Source: Haloplanus sp.
GTDB taxonomy: Archaea; Halobacteriota; Halobacteria; Halobacteriales; Haloferacaceae
Length of the DNA stretch: 64,000 nucleotides
Direction: 5' to 3'
Assembly (NCBI GenBank): GCA_042216725.1
Contig: JBDGTP010000034.1
Location: 3,574 to 67,573 of the forward strand
Shown here piece after piece: positions 50,771 through 59,420 of this stretch; position 1 is the stretch's first letter; each line of letters opens with the position of its first letter. Below the pieces are notes generated by a model that saw only the letters and a program-made list of their open reading frames with translations, was not told the DNA's origin and ran no database searches. Made by a program: the position numbers and the translations under genes.

Positions 50771-51257
50771 TCGAGGTCGGTCGGATACCGACTCCGCGGA
50801 GTGGTGTCGAGAGCCAGCGCGATACAGAACCGGTCGAGGCCGACTTCCAGGCTCACGAATAGGAGCAGTTCGACGAGTGCCGACTCGCCGAAGACGGTGC
50901 GGAGCGTCTCGATATCTGCGTCGGTGACCGTCTGTGGGTTCGTCGACAGACGTTCGGCCAGGCGCACGGCGAGTTCCTCTCGCCGTGTGATACGGATTAT
51001 TGTAACTGTTCACCGGTGGTTCGCCGAGACAGTCCGGCGAACCACCGGTAATGACGAACCAGTTCCAGGAGTTCGGGCGAGAGCCCTTCGCTCCGAGGAA
51101 ACGCCCGGAACAGGGACACGAGACGTTCGAACACCGTCGGCTGATGGGCCATCGCGCCAAAGAAGGCCGCATCCCCGTACCAGCCCGCCACGTCGTCTAA
51201 CAGTTCGTTCACCGCGTCGGCGTCGCCGGGCGCGACCGGATCGACACGTGATGGCGT
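50737..51257 (-). pseudogene. AhpD/carboxymuconolactone decarboxylase-family gene disrupted by a palindromic element
   Basis: N-part (MAHQP...LSPELLELVR) and C-part (TRREELAVRLAE...VELLLFVS) in different frames; central CxxC region absent; apparent start codon is ACG. Confidence 0.72.
50990..51055. mobile_element. Truncated palindromic MITE/REP-like element
   Basis: ATACGGATTATTGTAACTGTTC followed by a perfect 15-bp stem ACCGGTGGTTCGCCG-N8-CGGCGAACCACCGGT (51012-51049). Confidence 0.7.
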
Positions 51258-51314
51258 ACCACGAACTAGCACGGGCAACGGGAAAAGCATCGAGGGAGCG
51301 TCCGAGGCCGATAC

Positions 51315-51947
51315 CTACGTCGTCACCCGGAGGAAGAGTCGGAACTCGAGGTCGTTTTTCTGCGCGCCCACCAGATCGGTCGTCGCCTTCTCGAAGGCCC
51401 AGTCCCGATGCGCGACCCCCCGATCACACAGCCGATCCGCGAACCGCTGAACCGCCGCCGCGAGGTCACCGGGCGAGCGAAGGACGACGCCGGCACATGC
51501 CGGCCTCGCATCGAAGCGACCGACCACCGCCGTCTCGACGGCGTCGAAGTCGTCGGGGTGATCGACGGGGACGCTCGCGAACGTCTCTCCCCCGTGAGAC
51601 AGGGCGTCGTCGACCTGGCTGACCGACCCGTCGGAGAACGGAACCGTCCCGTCGACGAGTCGATGGAGTCGCCGAGTGCGCGAGACAGCGACCGTCCGCC
51701 ACCGGTCGAGGCTCTCGTCGGGAGCACACCGGATTCGGTACCGCTCGCGTCCTCGGCGCTCCAGTAGTCCGTACGCGACGAGCAAGTCGAGGAGATGTGT
51801 CAGTGATCGGCCGTCGCTGGCGCGAGCGTCCGGATCGAGCGCGTCGGCGAGTCGCTCCGGTGAGAACGCCGCCGTCCCGAAGTGGTCGTAGATCCGTCGA
51901 TAGATGTCGAGACAGTCGTCGATTGCGGGAAGCGTGCTATTGGGCAT
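51315..51947 (-). CDS. Hypothetical protein with N-terminal winged-HTH-like segment
   Basis: FSPERLA...LDLLVAYGLLER...YRI pattern; downstream of amiS on the same strand. Confidence 0.65.
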   Translation of the reverse strand: MPNSTLPAIDDCLDIYRRIYDHFGTAAFSPERLADALDPDARASDGRSLTHLLDLLVAYGLLERRGRERYRIRCAPDESLDRWRTVAVSRTRRLHRLVDGTVPFSDGSVSQVDDALSHGGETFASVPVDHPDDFDAVETAVVGRFDARPACAGVVLRSPGDLAAAVQRFADRLCDRGVAHRDWAFEKATTDLVGAQKNDLEFRLFLRVTT

Positions 51948-52022
51948 GGATACGCGTGCGGCGGTGATACCTTCGGTCGCGAGCAGGGATCGGAGCGAGC
52001 ATAGCGCGATGACGAAAGGGTG

Positions 52023-52547
52023 TCACGCCCAGGGCCAAGCCCCCATCGCCATCACGTAGCCTGCGGCGCCGGAGACGATGCCGACGGCGGTCGTGTACCA
52101 GCCGATGATCGAGGTGTACTCGTCGCGTTCGATGCCCAGGAGCACCCAGAACGTGAACCAGAGGACGGCCCAGATCCACCACAGAGCGGCGAGACCGATG
52201 TCGCCGGCCTGGAAAACGAGAAAGCCCGTCGGCGCCGCCAGCGCGGCGACGAACAGACAGTACCAGCCGAAGCCCCGTTGATCGTCGATGCCGCGCCAGG
52301 CGTTCGCGCCGACCCAGAGGTAGGTGAAGGAGAACAACAGCGTGCCGGCCGCGTTGAACGGCGTTCCCGCGGACGCTTCCGGGAAGAACCCCCACCAGAC
52401 CGCGATCAGGAACGTGATCAGACCCGTCAGAAAGTTGAGTATCGCAACGTCGTCGCCGTCCCCGTAGCCGAGCAACCAGAGACCGTTGACGATCAGCACC
52501 GCTCCGACGTACACCAGTCCCATCCCGAGCGTGTTGATTAGTGCCAT
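52023..52547 (-). CDS. AmiS/UreI family amide/urea channel
   Basis: MGLVYVGAVLIVNG, LLFSFTYLW, GFGWYCLFVA, WWIWAVLW. Confidence 0.92.
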   Translation of the reverse strand: MALINTLGMGLVYVGAVLIVNGLWLLGYGDGDDVAILNFLTGLITFLIAVWWGFFPEASAGTPFNAAGTLLFSFTYLWVGANAWRGIDDQRGFGWYCLFVAALAAPTGFLVFQAGDIGLAALWWIWAVLWFTFWVLLGIERDEYTSIIGWYTTAVGIVSGAAGYVMAMGAWPWA

Positions 52548-52832
52548 GATCCGTCCCCATCCACTGTCTGTGTTCTGTGTGACATACGATGCCGCGGTGA
52601 AATATGACACACAGGTATAAAAAATTCACTTTTTTATTGTCGAAATAACATGTGTGTGAACGTTATCTTCTAGTAGAAATGTGGATTATCCGCCGATAAG
52701 GCGGTCTTTCGGCGGGTTTCAATAATCCAGTTCCTTCATGTAAACTAAACTATAATAGTACCTGATTGATATGTATCGAAACTGTTGGATGGTTAATTAT
52801 ATTTTTCTGGGTGGTATGTGCTAGAGAACAGC

Positions 52833-54089
52833 ATGCCAGAGACTGTCTTCGAAGTCGATACGGACGCCGCGATAGACGAGCAACCCGATCCGATCGTAAA
52901 CCGGTGGCATCCCGACGTGCCGCCGGCGGCTTCGATCGAACCGGGGGAGAAAGTGCGCATCGAGTGCCTCGACTGGACGGGAAACCAGGTGGTCAACGAC
53001 GACAGCGCGAACGACATACGGGATATGCGTCTCGACCCGAACCACCACCTGAGCGGGCCGTTCGAGGTGAAAGGCGCCGAACCGGGGGACATTCTCGTCG
53101 TAGACATCCTCGACCTCGGGCCGTTCCCGGATCACGAGTGGGGGTTCACCGGTATCTTCGACCTAGAGAACGGGGGCGGCTTCCTGACCGACCACTTCCC
53201 GGACGCCGCCAAGGCCATCTGGGATCTCGACGGCGTGATGACCCACTCCCGGCACGTCGAGGACGTGCGCTTCCCCGGATGTGCCCACCCCGGGATCATG
53301 GGGACGGCGCCCTCACACGAACTCCTCGAACGGTGGAACGAACGGGAACAGGAACTCATCGACAAGGGGCCGGATCGGGAGACTGCGGTCAATCACGAGA
53401 CGCGAGAGGCCCAACCGCCGCTTGCCCTCCCGCCGGAACCGAACGAAGTGCTCCTGGGTGACATGGACGAGGAGGAGGCAGAGGAGGCGGCCGAGAAGGC
53501 CGCCCGAACGATCCCACCCCGGGAGAACGCTGGCAACTGTGACATCAAGAACCTGGGCCGCGGTTCGCGGGTGTACATCCCGGTGTTCGTCGAGGGCGCG
53601 AACTTCATCACGGGCGACCTGCACTTCTCGCAGGGCGACGGCGAAATCACGTTCTGTGGCGCCATCGAGATGGCCGGCTGGATCGATCTGAAGGTCGACC
53701 TGATCAAAAACGGGGTGGCGAAGTTCGGCACCGACTACGCGATGTTCAAACCCGGCTACCAAGACCCCGACTTCTCGAACTACGTCGTGTTCGAGGGCTA
53801 CTCCGTCGACGAGGACGGCACTCAGCACTACAAGAACGCCAACGTCGGTATGCGTCGGGCCTGTCTCGACGCCATCGACTACCTGACGAACTTCGGCTAC
53901 ACCGAGGAACAGGCGTACATCATCCTGAGTACGGCCCCGGTCGAGAGTCGGATCGCCGGCATCGTCGACCTGCCGAACACGTGCGTGACGGTGTCCGTTC
54001 CGAACGAAGTGTTCGACATCGACATCGACCCCGACACGCTCGCCGACGGCGAGGGTGGTGACCGCGGATCGGCCGCCCATCCGACCTGA
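52833..54089 (+). CDS. fmdA: Formamidase (FmdA/AmdA family), copy 2
   Basis: NRWHP, ECLDWTG, HHLSGP, GGGFLTDHF, AGNCDIK, GDLHFSQGDGEITFCGAIEM. Confidence 0.92.
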   Translation: MPETVFEVDTDAAIDEQPDPIVNRWHPDVPPAASIEPGEKVRIECLDWTGNQVVNDDSANDIRDMRLDPNHHLSGPFEVKGAEPGDILVVDILDLGPFPDHEWGFTGIFDLENGGGFLTDHFPDAAKAIWDLDGVMTHSRHVEDVRFPGCAHPGIMGTAPSHELLERWNEREQELIDKGPDRETAVNHETREAQPPLALPPEPNEVLLGDMDEEEAEEAAEKAARTIPPRENAGNCDIKNLGRGSRVYIPVFVEGANFITGDLHFSQGDGEITFCGAIEMAGWIDLKVDLIKNGVAKFGTDYAMFKPGYQDPDFSNYVVFEGYSVDEDGTQHYKNANVGMRRACLDAIDYLTNFGYTEEQAYIILSTAPVESRIAGIVDLPNTCVTVSVPNEVFDIDIDPDTLADGEGGDRGSAAHPT

Positions 54090-54159
54090 CTCCGAGAGCG
54101 AACGCCGGGCGACCGAGCGGGGTCGATCCGCTCGGCCGTCACCCGAGCGACGCCCCGCG

Positions 54160-55860
54160 TCAGTGGTCGTGTCCCATCGAGTGCCCGACGGCCCACGGGT
54201 AGCCGTCGGTACTCTCCACGAGTTCCCCGGGGCCGTGTGCGTGGTCGTCCTCGGTGTGCCCGTCGCGGTCAACGGAGCTGGCGAGTACGTCGTCGACCCG
54301 GAGCACCAGGTTCGCCGCTTCGGCCGCACTGTCGAGTGCCTGCCGTTTCACCGCCACCGGTTCGACGACGCCGCGAGCGACCATGTCGGCCACGCCACCC
54401 GTCTCGAGGACGAGGCCCGCCCGCTGCTCACCCCGGTGGTGGCGCGCCCGCAGTTCGATCAGACTGTCCACGGGATCGAACCCCGCCGTCTCGGCGAGCG
54501 TCCGCGGAATCGCGTCGAGGCCGTCCGCGAACGCCTCGATGGCGAGTTGTTCCCGTCGCGGCACCGCCGTGGCGTAGTCCCGGAGTTCGCGGGCGACGTG
54601 GGCTTCGGTCGCCCCGCCACCGGGGACGACGCGCCCCGCCTCGATCACGAGTTTGAGCACGTGGAAGCAGTCGTCGACGAGGCGTTTGACCTCGTCGACG
54701 ACGTGTTCGGTGCCGCCGCGGAGCAACAGGGACACTTGATCGAACCCGTCCGCGTCCTTGACGACGGTGAACTGGTTGGCGCCGAACGCCCGTTGTTCCA
54801 CGACGCCGGCGCGCCCCGTGTCTGCCGGGGTGAGGTCGTCCACCGTCGCGACGTACTGGGCGCCGGTGGCGCGGCCGAGTTTGTACAGTTCGTCCTGTCG
54901 CGTGCGCTCGACCGCGAGGATGCCCTCCTTGGCGAGCAGATAGCGCACCCGGTCGTCGATGGACTTCTGACAGAAGACGACGTCGGCGCCGGCGTCGGCG
55001 ATTCGCTCGATCTGGGACGCGTAGACATCGTCCTCGTACGCCCGGAACTGTTCGAGCTGGGCCGGGGAGTCGACGCTCACGGCGCCCTGCCCCGTCGCCG
55101 TCTCGACCGTCAACTGGTCGTCGACGAGCGCCACGGTCGCTCCCTCGATCCGACGCGGCGGCCCCGGATCGGGCGAGACCACGTCGGTCGACGACTCCGC
55201 CATATCGATGAGGAGGCCGTCGACCACCTGCGTGTCGAACACCGATCCGCCGGGGGCGGTCTTCCGGGTGATCTTCTCGAAGTCGACGGTGCGGTCGCCG
55301 CGGATGGCCTGTACCGTCTCCACGACGCACTGCGAGAGAAACGCCGTCGCCTCGGCGTCCCACTTGCCCGTGATGACCGTGCTGGCGGCGTCGCGGAGGC
55401 GTTCCGGATCGTCGCCGTCGATCACGACGGCATCGCGGTCGAGCGTCTCGACCGCTCGCTGGCCGGCCCGGTGGTAGCCCTCCATGATCGTCGTCGGATG
55501 GAGGCCGCGTTCGAGGAGTTCCTCGGCGGCCGCGAGCAGTTCCCCCGCCAAGACGACGGCGGTGGTCGTGCCGTCGCCGGCGCGGCGCTCCTGCTGGGAC
55601 GCGATGTCGACGAGCACCTGCGCGATGGGATGGTCGATGTCCAGTCGGTCGAGAATGCTGGCGCCGTCGTTCGTGACGATGACCTTCCCGTCCGATCCGA
55701 CGAGCATCTTGTCGAGACCCCGCGGCCCGAGCGTCGTGCCAACCAGATCCGCCAGTGCCCGGCCGACCGAGATGTTGGCCGACTGCGCGTCGCGCCCCCG
55801 AACGCGACCCGACGCGGCGGCGTCGTCGGACAGGATCCGTGAGAGGGCGTCGGTTGTCAT
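54160..55860 (-). CDS. Group II chaperonin (thermosome) paralog with His-rich C-terminus
   Basis: TTLGPRGLDKM, TNDGASIL, GDGTTT, CQKSIDD, PGGGATE, GVVEP; tail ...HAHG...GYPWAVGHSMGHDH. Confidence 0.93.
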   Translation of the reverse strand: MTTDALSRILSDDAAASGRVRGRDAQSANISVGRALADLVGTTLGPRGLDKMLVGSDGKVIVTNDGASILDRLDIDHPIAQVLVDIASQQERRAGDGTTTAVVLAGELLAAAEELLERGLHPTTIMEGYHRAGQRAVETLDRDAVVIDGDDPERLRDAASTVITGKWDAEATAFLSQCVVETVQAIRGDRTVDFEKITRKTAPGGSVFDTQVVDGLLIDMAESSTDVVSPDPGPPRRIEGATVALVDDQLTVETATGQGAVSVDSPAQLEQFRAYEDDVYASQIERIADAGADVVFCQKSIDDRVRYLLAKEGILAVERTRQDELYKLGRATGAQYVATVDDLTPADTGRAGVVEQRAFGANQFTVVKDADGFDQVSLLLRGGTEHVVDEVKRLVDDCFHVLKLVIEAGRVVPGGGATEAHVARELRDYATAVPRREQLAIEAFADGLDAIPRTLAETAGFDPVDSLIELRARHHRGEQRAGLVLETGGVADMVARGVVEPVAVKRQALDSAAEAANLVLRVDDVLASSVDRDGHTEDDHAHGPGELVESTDGYPWAVGHSMGHDH

Positions 55861-55952
55861 GGTACGCCACACCACACTACTCCCAGGGATATTAAGTTTT
55901 GTTGGTGCAGTGACACCACGGCGCCGACGCGCCGCTCACTGCCGGCGTGTCG

Positions 55953-56894
55953 TCACCGCCGTCCGTCCCGCAGATGCTCGTCGAGGAAGCGCAGCGTCTT
56001 CGTCCACGCGTTCCGGGTGGCGTTCGGCCGGAAACTCTCGCCGCTCGGATTGGCGAAGGCGTGACTGGCGCCCTCGTAGACGTACACCTCGTGTTCGACA
56101 CCCAGGTCGTCGAGCGTCCGGTCGAACGCACGGACGTTCTCGATGCCGACCACCTGGTCTTCGGAGCCGAAGATCCCGAGAACCGGGCCGTCGATCCGCC
56201 GGAGCGTCGACGCGTTCGTCGTGAGCGTGCCGTAGTAGATCACCGTCGCGTTGAGGTCGGCCTCGCTGAGGCTCAACTGGAGGCTCTGGCCGCCGCCGAA
56301 ACACCACCCGAGGCTGGCGACCCGATCCGTGGTGTAGGGGGCCTCACGCAGGCCGGAGACGGCGCGGCTCATCTTCGTCACGGCAACGTCGGGGTTCGAC
56401 CGCACCTGGCCGGCGAGTCGGGCCGCCTCCGAGGAGTTCTGCGCCACCTCCCCGTCGTAGAGGTCGACCGCGAACACGACGTAGCCGTGGCCGGCGAGGA
56501 TGTCGGCCATGTGCTCGATGTTCTCATTGAGCCCCCACCACTCGTGGATCATGACGACTGCGGGGTAGGTGCCGTTATCGGCGGGGCGTGCGAGATAGCC
56601 CGGTGTGCCGTCGATGGTCGTCTCGGTCGTCGTGATCGCCGAGAGGTTCTCGGCAGCGAAGATGTCGGTGTTCCCGCCCGTGGTGACGGGTTCACAGGTG
56701 CCATCCTTCTTGATCGCACCGGGCTGGCAGCCGGTGTGTGGCGTCTGGGCGTACGACGCCTCGGCCGTGCCGGTATCGGTCGGCGTCGGGGATGGCGTCG
56801 GCGTCCCGGCGCCGTCGCCCGGGAGCACGCCCGAACACCCGCTCAGGAGCACCAGCGCGGCGACCGCCGCGACCGCTGGTCGTGACGTTGACAT
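55953..56894 (-). CDS. Dienelactone hydrolase family lipoprotein
   Basis: LSGC lipobox; HEWWGL, GWCFGG, ED, HAF catalytic residues. Confidence 0.9.
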   Translation of the reverse strand: MSTSRPAVAAVAALVLLSGCSGVLPGDGAGTPTPSPTPTDTGTAEASYAQTPHTGCQPGAIKKDGTCEPVTTGGNTDIFAAENLSAITTTETTIDGTPGYLARPADNGTYPAVVMIHEWWGLNENIEHMADILAGHGYVVFAVDLYDGEVAQNSSEAARLAGQVRSNPDVAVTKMSRAVSGLREAPYTTDRVASLGWCFGGGQSLQLSLSEADLNATVIYYGTLTTNASTLRRIDGPVLGIFGSEDQVVGIENVRAFDRTLDDLGVEHEVYVYEGASHAFANPSGESFRPNATRNAWTKTLRFLDEHLRDGRR

Positions 56895-56989
56895 TTCGTC
56901 TGACGAAGGGAAGCCGCGAGCATAACGGTGTCGCCGGGGACGGAGCGAGTCCCCCAGAGCTTAGTCGTGGCGTGCGAACGACGTGTGCT

Positions 56990-58144
56990 ATGGTACCGAC
57001 GGTCACGATCCGGCATCTCGACGAGGCTCCGATCGGGGATCGCGAAACGGAGTTCGTGGAACGGAAGGGACTCGGCCACCCCGATTCGATCTGTGATGGC
57101 ATCGCCGAGGCCGTCTCGCGGCGACTCTCGCAACGCTATCTGGACGAGTTCGGCGAAGTTCTCCACCACAACACCGACAAGGTGCAACTCGTCGCTGGCG
57201 CCACGGAACCGGCCTTCGGCGGCGGGGAGGTCGTGGAACCGATGTACGTCCTGCTCGGTGGCCGGGCGACCCGGACGGCCGACGGTCGGCAGATCCCGGT
57301 CGACGAAATAGCGATCGAGGCCGCGAGAGAGTACGTCGAGACGGAGTTCGAGGCAGTGCCAGCCGACGTAATCGAGCTGGACTCACGAATCGGCGAGACG
57401 TCGGCCGAGTTGCAGTCGCTGTTCGGCGAGGCGACGCCCCGGGCGAACGACACCAGCGTCGGCGTCGGCTACGCACCGCTGTCCGAAACCGACCGGATCG
57501 TCAAGGGACTCGCACGGGCGCTCCGCGAGCGGATTCAGGCAGTCGGTGCCGACGTCAAGGTGATGGGCTGGCGCTCGGGCGACGGCCTGCGGCTCGTCGT
57601 CGCGGCCGCCGTCGTCTCGCGGCACGTAGCGAACCTCGAGGAGTACGTCGCGGTGACCGACCGGATCGCGGAACTCGCCCGGCGCTACGCGACCGAGCGA
57701 ACGAATCGAACCGTCCACGTCGACGTGAACGCCGCCGACGACATCGACGCCGGATCGGTCTACCTCACCGAGACCGGCCTCTCCGCGGAGATGGGAGACG
57801 ACGGCAACGTCGGCCGTGGCAATCGCGTCAACGGTCTCATCACGCCTCACCGGCCAATGAGTCTCGAGGCGACGGCCGGAAAGAACCCGGTCAGCCACGT
57901 CGGCAAACTGTACAACCTCGTCGCCACGAACGCCGCAGAGCGCGTCCACCAGGAACTCGGGGCCGACCACACCGAGGTGAAACTCCTCTCGCGGATCGGC
58001 GAACCGGTGACCGAACCACTGGCTATCGACATCGATACGACGGCGAGCGACGACGACCCGGTTCGGCATATCGTCACCGAGGAACTCGACGCTCTCGATA
58101 CGCTCGCAGACGACCTGGTCGCCGGCGACGTCTCCCTCTTCTGA
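56990..58144 (+). CDS. mat: Archaeal-type methionine adenosyltransferase
   Basis: EFVERKGLGHPDSICD, HHNTDK, ANDTS, GRGNR, AGKNPVSHVGK. Confidence 0.93.
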   Translation: MVPTVTIRHLDEAPIGDRETEFVERKGLGHPDSICDGIAEAVSRRLSQRYLDEFGEVLHHNTDKVQLVAGATEPAFGGGEVVEPMYVLLGGRATRTADGRQIPVDEIAIEAAREYVETEFEAVPADVIELDSRIGETSAELQSLFGEATPRANDTSVGVGYAPLSETDRIVKGLARALRERIQAVGADVKVMGWRSGDGLRLVVAAAVVSRHVANLEEYVAVTDRIAELARRYATERTNRTVHVDVNAADDIDAGSVYLTETGLSAEMGDDGNVGRGNRVNGLITPHRPMSLEATAGKNPVSHVGKLYNLVATNAAERVHQELGADHTEVKLLSRIGEPVTEPLAIDIDTTASDDDPVRHIVTEELDALDTLADDLVAGDVSLF

Positions 58145-58167
58145 CGCTCGTGGTGTCGGGCGACCGG

Positions 58168-58479
58168 TCAGTCGGGGCGTCGACTGGCCTCGCGTCCGAG
58201 CGGTCGTTCGACGGCCGCGACTTTCTCGCTGGCGGGGGCGTCGCTCGGTCGCTTGTCGTCGACTTTCGGCGTCGTAATCACTCGGGCCGCGTGGACGGTG
58301 TCGTGGCCCGCCGCCGCCGCGAACCGTTCGGCCGCGTCGTCGGCCTCAACGACCGTCCCCATCGGGGGAGTCTCACAGGCGACGCCGAACGCGTCGAGGG
58401 CCTCGACCGCCTTCGCGATTTCACTGGACACGCTCCCCTCGTGAACGGGCACGACGGACAGTTCGCCGGTGGCTGTCGT
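58168..58479 (-). pseudogene. Decayed MTH1187/thiamine-binding family gene
   Basis: LSVVPV...EIAKAVEAL...PMGTVVEA...KVDDKR...EKV; expected start position is ACG (58479-58477); prolines at apparently conserved sites. Confidence 0.6.
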
Positions 58480-58545
58480 GGCACGCGATCCGGCGGCCCG
58501 ATCCGTAACGTCCCGTGGCGTCGAGGCCGGACGAGCGCCGCGATC

Positions 58546-59175
58546 CTACCGGGTCGCCCTGAGCCCGACGAACGACCCGTCGCCGTACCCCTCCTCGACC
58601 GGTTCGAGGGCGTCGACCTCGTCGAGGGGGTGGTAGATGGTCTGGACGAACTCGAAGTCGGAGAAGCCGGCGTCCTCGAGAGCCACGACGAGTTCCTCGG
58701 TCGAGACGAACGTCGCCTCCCGGTAGAACGGGTTCTCGTCTTTGGTCTCCTGATAGATGCGCCCGACGGGGCTGTCCTTGTCGATGTAGCCGATCACGAG
58801 GGCCCCGTCGGGCGTCAAGACGCGGTCGGCCTCGGCCAGCGCCCGGGCCACGTCGTCGACGAAACAGATCGTCGTCACGATCAGCGCGGTGTCGAACGTC
58901 GCCGCCCTGAACGGGAGGCGTTCGGCGACGCCTTTCGTCACCTCGATCCCGCGCTCGCGGGCATACGCGAGCATCTCGCCGGCGGGATCGATCCCGACTG
59001 CCATCCCGAGCGGGGCCGCGAACCGAGCACTGCCGACGCCGATCTCCACCCCGTATCCGGGCGCCGGCAGGAGACGGCGCAACGCCGCCAGTTCGGTGCG
59101 GTAGGCGGCCTCGTGTTCCTCGAACCATCCCTCGTATCGGTCGGTGTGTTCCTCGAACGGTGCGGTCTTCGGCAT
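58546..59175 (-). CDS. Class I SAM-dependent methyltransferase
   Basis: EIGVGSARF, GIDP, AERLPF, TICFVDD. Confidence 0.88.
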   Translation of the reverse strand: MPKTAPFEEHTDRYEGWFEEHEAAYRTELAALRRLLPAPGYGVEIGVGSARFAAPLGMAVGIDPAGEMLAYARERGIEVTKGVAERLPFRAATFDTALIVTTICFVDDVARALAEADRVLTPDGALVIGYIDKDSPVGRIYQETKDENPFYREATFVSTEELVVALEDAGFSDFEFVQTIYHPLDEVDALEPVEEGYGDGSFVGLRATR

Positions 59176-59420
59176 GGCCGGCCGTACGGCCCCCACCGCC
59201 ACCAACGTTCGGGGGGCGAGAGACGTTGTTATCCCGAGTCACGCGCCGTCCGTCTGACCGAACGCTCGACGGGAGCGAAACACCGTCGTCGGGTCATCCG
59301 ACGACGACTGCCTCGATCCGGGCGACGTGGGGGTGACGGCTCGACCCGAGAACAGCGGCCGAGTGGTGGCCGCTCTCGGCGAGGTTCCCGAACGTGCCGG
59401 CCGACCGCGCGGAGCGGTCG

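Noticed and set aside
56895-56989. SAM riboswitch upstream of mat
   Set aside because: No recognisable SAM-riboswitch consensus; short divergent promoter region
21590-59215. Isolated CCGAAC half-sites upstream of minD, crcB, sph3-like and methyltransferase genes
   Set aside because: They lack the TTCG half and often sit just before TATA boxes, so they are more simply BRE elements
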